Part shown: positions 46,731 to 57,770 of the stretch, piece after piece
Layout of the letters: each line of letters starts with the position of its first letter
How positions within the stretch are numbered: position 1 is the stretch's first letter
From: Candidatus Rokuibacteriota bacterium
GTDB lineage: Bacteria; Methylomirabilota; Methylomirabilia; Rokubacteriales; CSP1-6
Reading direction: 5' to 3'
DNA: 64,000 bases
Assembly: GCA_016209385.1 (NCBI GenBank)
Contig: JACQWB010000136.1
Location: 5,880 to 69,879, forward strand
Notes under the pieces: generated by a model
The model's input: only the letters and a program-made list of their open reading frames with translations
Told to the model about the DNA's origin: nothing
Databases searched by the model: none
Position numbers and translations under genes: made by a program

Positions 46731-48224
46731 ATGGATTCAGCCTTCAGGCCGGCGTTGCTGTTGATGTCAGGACGGGCATTGGCCTTCGCCGCGACGTTCT
46801 TCATCCCCGTCGTGCTCGTCAGGATCTTCGCCCCGGCGGAATTCGGCACGTATAAGCAGCTGTTTTTGATTTGCGCGACGTTGTACGGCATCGCTCAGGT
46901 GGGGATGGCGGAGAGCCTGTTTTACTTCCTCCCCTCGGGTCAGCGGGACGCGGCGAGATACGTCGTCAATTCGATGCTCGTGCTGGCAGCGGCCGGGCTG
47001 GCTTGCCTCGGGCTTCTGGAGCTCGGCGGGTCGGCGATTTCGCACTGGCTGAGCAACAGCGAGCTGGCACCGCATCTCCCGTTCATCGGGATATACCTGC
47101 TCCTGCTGCTGGTCTCGGCCGTGCTCGAGATCGTCATGATATCGCGGCAGCGCTACTTCCTGGCGTCCAGCTCGTACGCGCTTTTCGACGTGCTGCGAGC
47201 GGTCCTGTTCCTGATTCCCGCACTCCTGCTGCGCCGGCTGGAGTGGCTGATCCTGGGTGGGGTGGTCTCCGCGGCGCTGCGCTTTTGCGCGGTCCTTCTG
47301 TATCTGAGGCGCGAGTTTCACGGTGAACTCAAGCCGGATGCGGCGCTGCTGAAGGAGCAAGTGGCCTATGCCTTGCCGTTCCAGCTGTGGGTCCTCGTCG
47401 AGATCGTGCAAGCGAACTTCCATCAGTACGCGGTGTCCTATGGCTTCGACGCGGCGACCTTCGCGATCTACGCCGTGGGCTGCTTTCAGATACCGGCGGT
47501 CGACTGGGTCACGACATCCGCGGGCAACGTGATGATGGTCCGGATGAGCGAGAAGATCGGGGACGGCCAACGGGAGTCTGTGCCGGGGATATGGCGGGAT
47601 GTGACGCGGAACCTCGCGCTGATCTTTTTCCCGCTCGTGGGTTTGCTACTGGTCGCGGCGCCCGAGCTTATTGTCTTCCTCTTCACGGAGACCTACCGCG
47701 CCAGCGTCCCGCTGTTCATGATCTGGTCGGCGGCGCTCGTGCTGGCTGCGTTTCAGACCGATGCGGCCCTGCGCGTGTACGCGGAAACCCGATTTCTGTT
47801 CGGGGTCAGTACCCTGCGGCTCGTGCTGATTACGGGGTTGATCGGCGGGTTCCTGTCCGCCTTTCACATGCTGGGCGCGGTGCTGGTGACCGTCCTCGCG
47901 ATGGTGGTCGGCAAGGTGCTGGCATTGGCGCGGATCAAGCGGCTCCTGGGGGTCGGCGTGGCCGAGTTTCTGCCGTGGAGGAGCCTCGCGGCGATTGTCG
48001 CGGTTGCGGCCGCGGCCGGAGCGGTGGCGCTCGGCGTGAAATCGCAGATGGAGCTATCGACGCTCCCGGTGTTGGTGACGACCAGCCTCGTGTACGCGGC
48101 CTCGTATGCCGGTCTGTCCTGGTGGTTGGGCCTGTTCGGCGAGACGGGAACAATGGTGGTCACGCGGTGGCTGCAGCGACCGTCCGTGGGCCCGGCCCAG
48201 GCCACCGGGGCGGATCGAGGGTAG
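46731..48224 (+). CDS. Wzx-type oligosaccharide flippase / polysaccharide biosynthesis membrane protein.
   Basis: ~12-14 TM helices. The start ATG 46731 lies 6 nt after the upstream stop. Confidence 0.7.
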   Translation: MDSAFRPALLLMSGRALAFAATFFIPVVLVRIFAPAEFGTYKQLFLICATLYGIAQVGMAESLFYFLPSGQRDAARYVVNSMLVLAAAGLACLGLLELGGSAISHWLSNSELAPHLPFIGIYLLLLLVSAVLEIVMISRQRYFLASSSYALFDVLRAVLFLIPALLLRRLEWLILGGVVSAALRFCAVLLYLRREFHGELKPDAALLKEQVAYALPFQLWVLVEIVQANFHQYAVSYGFDAATFAIYAVGCFQIPAVDWVTTSAGNVMMVRMSEKIGDGQRESVPGIWRDVTRNLALIFFPLVGLLLVAAPELIVFLFTETYRASVPLFMIWSAALVLAAFQTDAALRVYAETRFLFGVSTLRLVLITGLIGGFLSAFHMLGAVLVTVLAMVVGKVLALARIKRLLGVGVAEFLPWRSLAAIVAVAAAAGAVALGVKSQMELSTLPVLVTTSLVYAASYAGLSWWLGLFGETGTMVVTRWLQRPSVGPAQATGADRG

Positions 48225-48232
48225 GGCGGAGT

Positions 48233-50155
48233 ATGTGCGGCATTGCGGGGATAGCGAGCTTCGGCGGGCGGCCCGTTTCGGTGGATGAGGTGCGGGCGAT
48301 GTGCGACGCGCTGGTCCATCGCGGGCCCGATGACAACGGGTTCTACGCGGGTCCGGGGGTCGCGCTCGGGATGCGCCGCCTGAGCATCATAGACCTCGAG
48401 ACCGGGCGCCAGCCGATCCGGAACGAGGACGGGTCGGTATGGGTGGTGTTCAACGGGGAAATTTATAACTTCAGGGAGCTGCGCCGGGAATTGGAGCAGC
48501 GTGGGCACCGCTTTTACACGGCGACGGATAGCGAGACGATCGTGCACCTGTACGAGGAAGACGGGGCGCGCTGCGTGGAGAAAATGCGCGGCATGTTCGC
48601 GTTTGCCGTGTGGGACGCGCGGCGCCGGCAACTGCTGCTCGCTCGCGACCGCCTGGGGATCAAGCCGCTGTATTACGCGGAGCTTGGCGGGAGGCTGGTC
48701 TTCGGCTCCGAGCTGAAGGCGATTCTCCAGCTGCCCGAGGCCGGCCGCAGCCTGAACTGGAACGCGGTCAACCACCTCTTCGTGTCTCTGTCCACGTCCC
48801 GGTCCGAGAGCATCATCGCGGGCATCCGGAAGCTCGAGCCGGGGCACGTGTTGACGGTATCAGCGGAGCGCGGGTCCGTCATCGAGAGCTATTGGGATGT
48901 GAGGTTCGAGCCCGACTACGGGCGCAGCGAGGGGTATTTCGTGGAGCGGCTCCGCGAGCTGCTCGACGAGTCCGTGACCCTGCACCTGGTCAGCGATGTG
49001 CCGCTGGGAGCCTTTCTGAGCGGTGGGATCGATTCGAGCTCGGTGGTGGCGACAATGGCCCGGGTGGCCTCAGGCCCGGTGAAGACCTTCTCCATCGGCT
49101 TCTCAGATGACGATTACAACGAGCTGGGCTATGCCCGCCGCGTGGCGGAGGACTTCGGCACCGAGCACCACGAGCTGCTCCTCCAGCCAGATGTGGTCGA
49201 GATCCTTGACGAGCTCGCCTGGTACCTGGACGAGCCGTTCGGCGACTCCTCGGCAATCCCGACCTACATGGTGTCGAAGGTGGCGTCGGAGCACGTGACC
49301 GTGGTGCTGTCCGGGGACGGGGGGGACGAGCTGTTCGCCGGCTACGACAAGTACGTGGTGGAAAAGAAGGAACGGAAATATCGGTTCGTGCCCGCCCCCA
49401 TGCGCAGAGGGCTCGGCATCATCGCCGGCATGATGCCGGAGGGGATGAGAGGACGGAACTTCTTGCGGCACATCTCGCTGGCGGATGTCGAACGGTACCT
49501 GGACGCGGGGACGCTCTTCAGGCTGGGCGAACAGAAGAAGCTGTTCCGGCCCGAGGTGGTCGAGATGTTCTCGGGGTATGACCCCTGGCGGCGGGAGAAG
49601 GAATACCTGGTGGGGACGAACGGCAACTGGCTGTCGACGCTCCAGTATCTGGACTTCAAGACGTATCTCCCGCTCGATATCCTCACCAAAGTGGATCGGA
49701 TGAGCATGGCCCATTCCATCGAAGCGCGTCCGCCGCTGCTCGATCACAAGCTGGTCGAGTTCGCGGCGACGATTCCGCCGGAGCTGAAGCTGCGCAACGG
49801 CACGACGAAGGACATCTTCAAGCGCGCCATGCGCGGAATCTTGCCCGACGCGATCATCGACAGGCCGAAGCGCGGCTTCGCCATCCCCCTGGGGCGCTGG
49901 TTCAGAGGGCAGCTCGGCGGGTTCGTCCGCGAACTGCTGCTGTCCGAGCGGAGCCGGCGCCGCGGGATCTTCAACGGAGCTTACATCGAGGAGCTTCTGC
50001 GCCGGCCCGAACGCGGCCGTGAGCTGGACCTGCAGCTCTGGACGCTGATCTCGTTCGAGCTGTGGTGCCGGACGTTCCTCGATACCGGGCCGAGGAGAGC
50101 CGCTGTTGGAGCGAGCGCCGCGTTCCGAAGGCAACCTGAAGGGAGGGCAACATGA
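48233..50155 (+). CDS. asnB: Asparagine synthetase (glutamine-hydrolysing) family amidotransferase (EPS-associated AsnB / WbpS-like).
   Basis: MCGIAG (catalytic Cys2), SGGIDSS PP-loop, 640 aa. Confidence 0.9.
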   Translation: MCGIAGIASFGGRPVSVDEVRAMCDALVHRGPDDNGFYAGPGVALGMRRLSIIDLETGRQPIRNEDGSVWVVFNGEIYNFRELRRELEQRGHRFYTATDSETIVHLYEEDGARCVEKMRGMFAFAVWDARRRQLLLARDRLGIKPLYYAELGGRLVFGSELKAILQLPEAGRSLNWNAVNHLFVSLSTSRSESIIAGIRKLEPGHVLTVSAERGSVIESYWDVRFEPDYGRSEGYFVERLRELLDESVTLHLVSDVPLGAFLSGGIDSSSVVATMARVASGPVKTFSIGFSDDDYNELGYARRVAEDFGTEHHELLLQPDVVEILDELAWYLDEPFGDSSAIPTYMVSKVASEHVTVVLSGDGGDELFAGYDKYVVEKKERKYRFVPAPMRRGLGIIAGMMPEGMRGRNFLRHISLADVERYLDAGTLFRLGEQKKLFRPEVVEMFSGYDPWRREKEYLVGTNGNWLSTLQYLDFKTYLPLDILTKVDRMSMAHSIEARPPLLDHKLVEFAATIPPELKLRNGTTKDIFKRAMRGILPDAIIDRPKRGFAIPLGRWFRGQLGGFVRELLLSERSRRRGIFNGAYIEELLRRPERGRELDLQLWTLISFELWCRTFLDTGPRRAAVGASAAFRRQPEGRAT

Positions 50156-50309
50156 AAGTGGCCCACCTGATCGCTGCTGCCCTGATCGTGTTCGGGGTGG
50201 GAGCCGCGGTTGCCGGATCCCGGTTGGTGTGTTTGATCCGTTGACAGGGGAGGAGGCGCGCGCGGGAAGCCGGCGTGGAGCGGAAATCTCGACCGCGCCG
50301 CCCCGCGTC

Positions 50310-51374
50310 ATGCGTCCGAGAATGGGACTGGTGGCGGCCTGCCTGGACATTCTCGGGGGCCAGGGGATCCAGGCGCGCGCGCTGCTCGAGAATCTTCGAA
50401 ACGATCGCTACAAGGTAACCTTTGTTCCGATCAACCCCCCCTTTCCGCGGGGGCTCCGGTGGATTCGCCGCTGCCCGTATGTCCGGACGCTCCTGAACCA
50501 GGCGCTCTACCTCCCGCGCCTCGTTCGCCTTCGCCGGGCTGACGTCGTGCACATTCTTTCCGCCTCCTACTGGTCCTTTCTGCTCGCGCCGGCGCCGGCG
50601 ATCCTGGCGGGGCGAATGCTCGGGAAACGGGTCGTCTTGAACTACCACAGCGGCGAGGCGGAGGACCACCTCGCGCGCTGGGGCGTGCTGGTCCACCCCT
50701 GGTTGGCTCTGGTCGACGAGCTTGTCGTGCCGTCGGAGTACCTGCGGGGGGTGTTCGCGCGCCACGGCTATCGGGCCCGCGTGATCCCGAATGTCGTGGA
50801 CACGTCCCACTTTGGCTATCGGGAGCGGATGCCGCTGCGGCCGCGGCTTCTGTCCACCCGGAACCTGGAGCCCTACTACCGGGTGGACGTCACCATCGAG
50901 GCCTTCGCGCTCCTCAAGGCCCGGTATCCGGACGCGACCCTGACCGTCGCGGGCTACGGCAGCGCGGAGGGGAGGCTGCGGCGGCTTGCGGCCTCCATCG
51001 GAACCCCGGGGATCCGGTTTGTCGGACGGATCGAGCCCCCCGCGATGCCCGGACTCTACGGGGGAGCCGACATTTTCGTCAACTCTTCCATCCTCGACAA
51101 CCAGCCGGTGTCGGTGCTGGAGGCGTTCGCGGCCGGGCTCCCCGTGGTGTCCACAGCCGCCGGTGATCTCGCGAACCTGGTTCGCGACGGCGAGACCGGC
51201 CTCACTGTCCCCCCGGAAGACCCGGCGGCGATGGCCTTGGCCATCGCCGCCCTCCTCGAGGAGCCCGACCGCGCACGATCCCTGGCCCGGCGCGCCCGGC
51301 AGGAAGTCGAAAAGCACACCTGGCCTCACACGCGCGAGGCGTGGGCGGCCGTCTATTCGGGCGAAGCGACATGA
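50310..51374 (+). CDS. Glycosyltransferase family 4.
   Basis: NSSILDNQPVSVLEAFAAGLPVVSTAAG (E-x7-E-like). Start ATG 50310; the track ORF begins at 50106. Confidence 0.8.
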   Translation: MRPRMGLVAACLDILGGQGIQARALLENLRNDRYKVTFVPINPPFPRGLRWIRRCPYVRTLLNQALYLPRLVRLRRADVVHILSASYWSFLLAPAPAILAGRMLGKRVVLNYHSGEAEDHLARWGVLVHPWLALVDELVVPSEYLRGVFARHGYRARVIPNVVDTSHFGYRERMPLRPRLLSTRNLEPYYRVDVTIEAFALLKARYPDATLTVAGYGSAEGRLRRLAASIGTPGIRFVGRIEPPAMPGLYGGADIFVNSSILDNQPVSVLEAFAAGLPVVSTAAGDLANLVRDGETGLTVPPEDPAAMALAIAALLEEPDRARSLARRARQEVEKHTWPHTREAWAAVYSGEAT

Positions 51375-51407
51375 AGCCGGGCAGGCTGGCCTGGGGTCTC
51401 AGGACCC

Positions 51408-53609
51408 ATGGGCTCCCCCCATACTGAGCGGAGCCCGCGGCGGGGCATGAGGCGGGGCCGGCTTCGGGCGATGGGCATCACCGAGCTGGCGGTTCGAGGT
51501 CGGCAGGAGGCCTCGAAGTGGTGGGAGCGGATCCATGCCCGTGCCGGGACGGGACATCTCGATGGGGTCTCGAGGCTGCTTGATGATCGCGTTCTGGAGG
51601 CCGGTCCCGACCGCTTCTTCGAGGGCGCCGTGAGCGCCGACACGCCGGGGCTCCTCTGCGACAGGATGGCCGAGGCCTGCGCGCGGGCGATCGCCCGTGC
51701 CGACGCGGCCTGCCGCGGTCAGTTTGATTTGCTGGGCTACTGCGGGCTCTTCTTTGGCGACCCCGTGGACTGGCACCTGGACCCTGTCTCCGGGCGCCGG
51801 GCGCCGCGCGTGCACTGGAGCCGGCTCGATCCCCTTGACCCCGCCGCCGTGGGCGACAGCAAGGTGGTCTGGGAGCTGAACCGGCACCAGTGGCTGGTCC
51901 ACCTCGGCCAGGCGTACCGGTTGACGGGCGACGAGCGCTACGCGGCAGCGTTCGCCAGGTTCATCCGCGAATGGATGCGCGCCAATCCCAGGGGCATCGG
52001 CCTCAACTGGGCGAGCAGCCTCGAAGTCGCGCTGCGCCTCATTTCCTGGTGCTGGGCGCTGTTTCTCTTCCGTGGCTCGGCCGCGCTGTCCCGCGACCTG
52101 TTCGCGGCCATGGTCGGGGGGATCCGGGCTCACGCCTCGCACGTGGAGCGCTATCTCTCCTACTACTTCTCGCCGAACACCCATCTCACCGGGGAGGCGC
52201 TCGGCCTCTTCTACGCCGGGGTCCTCTTCCCGGAGCTCCGCTCGGCTGGACGTTGGAGTGAGTTGGGCGCTCGGATCCTGGTGGAGCAGAGCGAGCGACA
52301 GGTGCTCCCGGACGGCGTCTACTTCGAGGAGTCCACCTGCTACCAGCGTTACGCCGTGGAAATTTATCTCCACTTCCTCATCCTGGCCGCGCGGAACGGG
52401 GTCCCCGTCTCGACGGCCGTGAGCGCGCGCGTCCAGCGGATGCTCGACTTCCTCCTGGCTGTCCGTTGGCCCGACGGCTCGATCCCGCAGATCGGAGACG
52501 CCGACGGCGGATGGCTCGTGCCCCTCGCCCCGAGGGCGCCCGACGATTTCCGGGGCGTCTTTTCCACCGCTGCGGCCTTCTTCGGTCGGCCCGATTACGC
52601 CTGGGCGGCCGGTGTGCTGGCGCCCGAGACGGTATGGCTTCTTGACCCGGCGGCGCTGAAGGCCTTCGAGGCCCTCCAGCCCGCTCCCCCGGCGACGGCC
52701 CATTCGCGCCTCTTCCCCGACGGGGGATACGCCGTGATGCGGAGCGGCTGGGAGGCCCGCGCCCACCAGCTCATCTTCGACGTGGGCCCTCTCGGTGATC
52801 CGGTGAGTGGGGGGCACGGGCACGCCGACCTCCTGAGTATCCAGTGTGCCGTCTTCGGCGAGCCGTGCCTCGTGGACGCCGGAACCTTCTCCTATACCGC
52901 TGACCGGCGCTGGCGAGACTTCTTCAGGAGCACGGCGGCCCACAGCACGGTCACGGTGGACGGCCAGGAGCAGGCCGTGCCTGCCGGGCCCTTCGCCTGG
53001 GAGGAGCGGCCGCGGGCCCGATTGCTCCAGTGGCTCTCCACCGAGGCCTTCGACTTTGCCGATGCCGAGCACGACGCCTACAGCCGCCTCCAGGATCCGG
53101 TGCGCCACCGGCGCAGGGTGCTCTTCGTCAAGCCCCGGTACTGGGTCCTGGTCGATGACCTCGAGGGCGCGGCCGAGCACCTGGTGGAGCTGCGGTTTCA
53201 GTTCGTGCAGGTCGACGTCGGCGTCGACCCCTCCCTCTGGGCGCGTGCCCAAGGGGCGAGGGGATGGGGGCTCTTCATCCGGCCATTCGCCCCGGTGGCC
53301 CTCAAGGCGGATGTCCGCGAGGGAGAACTTGCGCCGATTCAGGGCTGGGTGTCGCTCGATTACGGCCAGCGCCTGCCGGCGCCCGTGTTGATTTACTCGA
53401 CCGTGACTCGCCTCCCCCTGCGGATCGCCACGCTGCTCTTCCCTGTCGAGCATCCTCTGGCCGCCCCTCCTGCCGTTTCTCCGCTGGTCAGTGAAGGGCG
53501 ATGGCCCGTAGGTCTCGCCTTTGGGGACAGGCAAGAGAGCATCCGTTTTGATGACCGAGGCTTCGCCGTTACGAATTGGTCGGAACCGGGTCACGAGGGA
53601 GGGACATGA
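51408..53609 (+). CDS. Heparinase II/III-like family protein.
   Basis: Alpha/alpha toroid-like N-terminal half (NRHQWLVHLGQAY...NWASSLEVALRLISW). Central region GGHGHADLLS is typical of the Hepar_II_III domain. Confidence 0.7.
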   Translation: MGSPHTERSPRRGMRRGRLRAMGITELAVRGRQEASKWWERIHARAGTGHLDGVSRLLDDRVLEAGPDRFFEGAVSADTPGLLCDRMAEACARAIARADAACRGQFDLLGYCGLFFGDPVDWHLDPVSGRRAPRVHWSRLDPLDPAAVGDSKVVWELNRHQWLVHLGQAYRLTGDERYAAAFARFIREWMRANPRGIGLNWASSLEVALRLISWCWALFLFRGSAALSRDLFAAMVGGIRAHASHVERYLSYYFSPNTHLTGEALGLFYAGVLFPELRSAGRWSELGARILVEQSERQVLPDGVYFEESTCYQRYAVEIYLHFLILAARNGVPVSTAVSARVQRMLDFLLAVRWPDGSIPQIGDADGGWLVPLAPRAPDDFRGVFSTAAAFFGRPDYAWAAGVLAPETVWLLDPAALKAFEALQPAPPATAHSRLFPDGGYAVMRSGWEARAHQLIFDVGPLGDPVSGGHGHADLLSIQCAVFGEPCLVDAGTFSYTADRRWRDFFRSTAAHSTVTVDGQEQAVPAGPFAWEERPRARLLQWLSTEAFDFADAEHDAYSRLQDPVRHRRRVLFVKPRYWVLVDDLEGAAEHLVELRFQFVQVDVGVDPSLWARAQGARGWGLFIRPFAPVALKADVREGELAPIQGWVSLDYGQRLPAPVLIYSTVTRLPLRIATLLFPVEHPLAAPPAVSPLVSEGRWPVGLAFGDRQESIRFDDRGFAVTNWSEPGHEGGT

Positions 53610-54502
53610 TGCGCAGGCTGAAGGCGGAGGCTAGACCCTCCGGGAGCGCGTCTCGAACATGCGCAACGTATTCGGACTGGGACGTATACTCCTTCGGACT
53701 GGAGTTAGGACTCCGCAGCCTGCCGGTCGCGCCCCGCGAAGGGATTAAGAGACTGATCTTACCGGTCGAGTACGTGCGCTGCGCTGAGTTCCGGTATGTG
53801 CTCAGACACCTCGATGTGAGATCGGGGCACCTCGTGCTCGATATCGGGAGTCCCAAGCTCCTCTCACTGTTCTTGGCGGCTCGGCTCCGCCCGCGAGTAT
53901 ACGCCACCGACCTCCTCGACTACTTCTTTGGCACGTATGGCGCATACGCCGACAGTGTGCTTGGCCTGAACCGAGACCACTACCGGATGGAGACTCAGGA
54001 TGCCCGCGCCTTGACATATCCCGACGAGTCGTTTGATCGGGTGTTTTCCGTCTCGACGATTGAGCACATCCCCCGCGATGGAGACCGTGCGGCCATGCAG
54101 GAAATTGCCCGAGTACTAAGGCCCGGAGGGATCTGCTGCCTGACGGTCCCGTGGAGCGACAGAGGCTACCTTGAAGAATTTAAGCGACGCGGCGATGCCG
54201 ACGCGTATTGGAGCGCTTCTGGCGACGAGATGATTTTCTACCAGAGAGCCTACGACCGGGTGACGCTCGAGCGCCGTCTCCTCAGGCACGGCGGCTTAGA
54301 AACTGTAGACGTGAGCTTTTGGGGAGAGCGGCGGGTTGCGGTAGAGCATGTGCTTTCGAATCGGAGACTGCCCCGAGCACTTCGCTGGGCGATGCTCCCC
54401 CTGCACTTCCCGTTGAGTCGGTGGTTCTTACGGGAGCTGACGGAGGCGGAACCGTCACGGAAGAAAGTCGCTTGCATTACGCTCCGCAAGCCTGCCGATT
54501 AA
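53606..54502 (+). CDS. Class I SAM-dependent methyltransferase.
   Basis: VLDIGSPKLL (motif I-like) ... DRVFSVSTIEHI ... LRPGGICCLTVP. ATGA overlap with the heparinase-like gene. Confidence 0.6.
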   Translation: MMRRLKAEARPSGSASRTCATYSDWDVYSFGLELGLRSLPVAPREGIKRLILPVEYVRCAEFRYVLRHLDVRSGHLVLDIGSPKLLSLFLAARLRPRVYATDLLDYFFGTYGAYADSVLGLNRDHYRMETQDARALTYPDESFDRVFSVSTIEHIPRDGDRAAMQEIARVLRPGGICCLTVPWSDRGYLEEFKRRGDADAYWSASGDEMIFYQRAYDRVTLERRLLRHGGLETVDVSFWGERRVAVEHVLSNRRLPRALRWAMLPLHFPLSRWFLRELTEAEPSRKKVACITLRKPAD

Positions 54503-54655
54503 CAATCAGTCTCCACGATGTGTGGGATTGTCGGCATCTGCTCAGGGTAACGGCATGTACAAGGTTCCAGTTACGTTTCCGCCTGAGCAGTCGCGAGGGT
54601 ACAGGCTCATGACCGTTCTGACGCATTTTCGTTCGGAAGCGAGATAAGCGGAGCC

Positions 54656-56581
54656 ATGTGCGGGATTGTCGGCATCGTCAAGCTGAATCCACGCGAGAGC
54701 GCTGAGGAAGCGCGGCTCAAGGGGATGCGGGATGTCCTGCGACATCGGGGGCCCGATGGCGAGGGGCTGTGGATCGACGGCCCGGTCGGGCTCGGGATGC
54801 GCCGGCTGGCCATCGTGGACGTGGCGGGAGGCCACCAGCCCATGGCCAACGAGGATGAGACGGCCTGGATCGTCTACAACGGAGAGATCTACAACCACCG
54901 GGTGCTCCGTCCCGAGCTCGAGGCACGGGGCCACCGCTACCGGACACGGAGCGACACGGAGACGATCCTCCATCTCTACGAGGAGGACGGGGAGCGCTGT
55001 GTCGAGCGGCTCCAGGGGATGTTCGCGTTCGCGCTCTGGGACCGCGCCCGCGGGCGGCTTCTCCTGGCGCGGGACCGGCTCGGGATCAAGCCGCTCTACT
55101 ACGCCTGCACTGACGAGGAGCTGCTCTTCGCCTCGGAGATCAAGGCGATCCTGGCCGCGGGTCCCATCCGGCCCGCGCTGAACGCGGCGATCCTTCCTGA
55201 GTTCCTGGCCACGCGCTTCGTCGCCGGAGAGGAGACCTTCTTCCGCGGCGTGCGGAAGCTCTTGCCCGGGCGGACGCTCGCGTGGTCGCCTGCCGAGGGG
55301 TTCTCCGAGCGCCGGTACTGGCGGCCGCCGCCGGGCACGCGCGACGCCGGGATGACGCTCGAGGAGCACGCCCGCGAGGTGCGCGCGCGGCTCGAGGCCG
55401 CCGTCAGGAGCCACCTGATGAGCGACGTGCCGCTCGGCCTGTTCCTTTCCGGGGGGATCGATTCGAGCGGGCTGGCCGCCCTGATGGCGCCCATGGTGAG
55501 GGAGCCCATCCGCACCTTTGCCGTCGGCTTCTCCGATCCCGAGGCGAACGAGCTGGCCTACGCCCGTCTCGCCGCGCGCGCGGTGGGAGCGGAGCACCAC
55601 GAGGTGATCGTTTCCCCCGGGGAGTTCTTCGAGGCTCTCCCGCGGCTGGTCTGGCAGGAGGACGAGCCCATCGCGTTCCCCTCCAGCGTGCCGCTCTACT
55701 TCGTGTCCCAGCTCGCCCGCGACCACGTCAAGGTGGTGCTGACCGGGGAGGGAGCCGATGAGCTGTTCCTCGGCTACAACCGCTACCGGGTGACGGCCTG
55801 GAACGAGCGGCTCGGGCAGGCGTACTGGGCACTCGCTCCCCGAACGGTCCGGAGCACGGTGCGCCGACTCACACAGGATCTGCCGCGGGCGCTGGGCCGG
55901 TACGCCGAGCGGACATTCCTCGCCCTCGAGCCCGGGCCCCGGAAGCTCTTCTTCGAGAACTTCGCCGTCTTCCCTGAACTCCTCCAGCACCGCCTCCTTG
56001 CCGACCCGCGGCTTCTGGCTGCCCGGGATCCCTACGCGGAAGAGCTTCGCTGCTACGCGGAGGCCGGCGGCGGAACCCTCGACCAGATGAGCCGCGCGGA
56101 CCTCCAGACCTACCTGGTCGAGCTGCTCATGAAGCAGGACCAGATGAGCATGGCGGCCTCGATCGAGAGTCGGGTGCCGTATCTGGATCATGAGTTCGTC
56201 GAGCATGTGGTGGGGATCCCGGGACGTTTCAAGCTCCGCGGCTGGCGGACCAAGGCTGTGCTCAGGGAAGCGCTGCGTGGCCTCGTGCCGGGGACGATCC
56301 TCACACGGCGGAAGATGGGGTTCCCGGTGCCCGTGGGGCGATGGTTCCGGGGCCCGTTCTGGCCGATCATCGAGGAGTTCGTCCTGGGGCCGCGCGCCCT
56401 CGACAGGAGGCTCTTCGAAACGTCCGCGGTCGAGCGGCTTGCCGACGAGCACCGGGCCGGCCCCGGCGCGCACGGCGATCGCCTCTGGCTCCTCGTGAAC
56501 CTGGAGATCTGGCAGCGGATCTTCCTCGACGGCGAAGACCCGACGGCGGTCACGTGGCCGGGAGCGCGCCAGCGGGCGTGA
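54656..56581 (+). CDS. asnB: Second asparagine synthetase-family amidotransferase (paralogue of 48233-50155).
   Basis: MCGIVGIV, SGGIDSS, 641 aa. Confidence 0.9.
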   Translation: MCGIVGIVKLNPRESAEEARLKGMRDVLRHRGPDGEGLWIDGPVGLGMRRLAIVDVAGGHQPMANEDETAWIVYNGEIYNHRVLRPELEARGHRYRTRSDTETILHLYEEDGERCVERLQGMFAFALWDRARGRLLLARDRLGIKPLYYACTDEELLFASEIKAILAAGPIRPALNAAILPEFLATRFVAGEETFFRGVRKLLPGRTLAWSPAEGFSERRYWRPPPGTRDAGMTLEEHAREVRARLEAAVRSHLMSDVPLGLFLSGGIDSSGLAALMAPMVREPIRTFAVGFSDPEANELAYARLAARAVGAEHHEVIVSPGEFFEALPRLVWQEDEPIAFPSSVPLYFVSQLARDHVKVVLTGEGADELFLGYNRYRVTAWNERLGQAYWALAPRTVRSTVRRLTQDLPRALGRYAERTFLALEPGPRKLFFENFAVFPELLQHRLLADPRLLAARDPYAEELRCYAEAGGGTLDQMSRADLQTYLVELLMKQDQMSMAASIESRVPYLDHEFVEHVVGIPGRFKLRGWRTKAVLREALRGLVPGTILTRRKMGFPVPVGRWFRGPFWPIIEEFVLGPRALDRRLFETSAVERLADEHRAGPGAHGDRLWLLVNLEIWQRIFLDGEDPTAVTWPGARQRA

Positions 56582-56639
56582 GCCATCGGCGGGCTGGTGA
56601 ACCTGGGCGCATGATACGAGCGCTGGGAGGGGGGCAACG

Positions 56640-57497
56640 ATGGTGATAGGGACGAGCAAGGCGACCGGCAAATCTCGCGAGAAACGTTGGGACGAAGAAG
56701 CCGGCTTCTTCGACGATGCGGCTCGAAGGATCGATCCTGGGACTCTGCGCACGGATCCCCTGACGTTCCGGCGTTATTCCAGCGCGGTCTTACGCAAGCG
56801 CTTCAGCATAGAGTTCCGCATCAGGATCTTGGGTGCCATGAAGGACAAGACCATCCTCGATGTAGGCTGCGGAGACGGCCGCAACGCGGTGTTATTCGCG
56901 AAGCTCGGAGCGAAGGTCACCGGCATTGATCTCTCGGCTGAGGCCCTCCAGGTCGCCCGACTCCGTGCCGAGGTCAACGGCGTGTCGGACCGCCTCACCT
57001 TCGTCTGTACTCCCGTTGAGACAGCGGACCTACCGGATAACTCGTTCGATATTGCCTGGGGGGACGGCATCCTGCACCACGTGATTGACGAGCTGGAGCT
57101 CGTCATGGGTCGCTTGGTCCTCTGGGTCAAGCCGGAGGGTTTTCTTCTGTTCTCGGAGCCCGTCAACCTGTTCCCACCGCTGCGGCGACTCCGACAGATG
57201 ATCCCTGTGCACACCGAAGCTACGCCGGGCGAGCGTCCCCTTCTGAGAGCGGAGGTCGACATGCTCCGGCAATACTTCCTCGACCTTCGGATGAGGCACT
57301 ATCATCTTCTCGGCCGCCTTGACCAGTTCATCCTCGTCAACTGTAACTACGAGAAATCCCCGGCCTTCCGGAGGGCGATCGTGAGCTGGACCGACCTCAT
57401 CGACTACGCCCTCCTGTCCCTGCCCCTCTTCAAGAACTTGGGCGGCAGCTGCGTGATGTACGGCCATCCGAACCAGAGGAGAAACTCACGCGGATGA
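56640..57497 (+). CDS. Class I SAM-dependent methyltransferase.
   Basis: [28 protein letters not shown] (motif I). Confidence 0.75.
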   Translation: MVIGTSKATGKSREKRWDEEAGFFDDAARRIDPGTLRTDPLTFRRYSSAVLRKRFSIEFRIRILGAMKDKTILDVGCGDGRNAVLFAKLGAKVTGIDLSAEALQVARLRAEVNGVSDRLTFVCTPVETADLPDNSFDIAWGDGILHHVIDELELVMGRLVLWVKPEGFLLFSEPVNLFPPLRRLRQMIPVHTEATPGERPLLRAEVDMLRQYFLDLRMRHYHLLGRLDQFILVNCNYEKSPAFRRAIVSWTDLIDYALLSLPLFKNLGGSCVMYGHPNQRRNSRG

Positions 57498-57770
57498 GCG
57501 GGCGAATCGACGGGCAAGTCCGAGAGCGGAAATGGTAGCGTGATGAGCCCGCAGTTGTCGGGGGCATGGCTCGCGTGTATGTCGACGGCCGCTTCCATGC
57601 TGAGGTAGACACCTACGCGGCCGTGGATCAGCCGCAGTCTGTCCTGTACACGACGAGTGGCCTGCCGGCAGGGACCCACACCCTCACGATCGAGGTGACC
57701 GGGACCAAGAACGCGGCGTCGGGCGGTGCCTGGGTGTGGGTGGATGCGTTTGAAATTTCGCCCTGACCCG

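Noticed and set aside
57566-57766. 66-aa ORF upstream of the second polysaccharide deacetylase
   Set aside because: No Shine-Dalgarno sequence, no recognisable motif, and it overlaps the likely 5' end of the deacetylase gene. It is probably a spurious ORF or part of a deacetylase start that has been mis-set.
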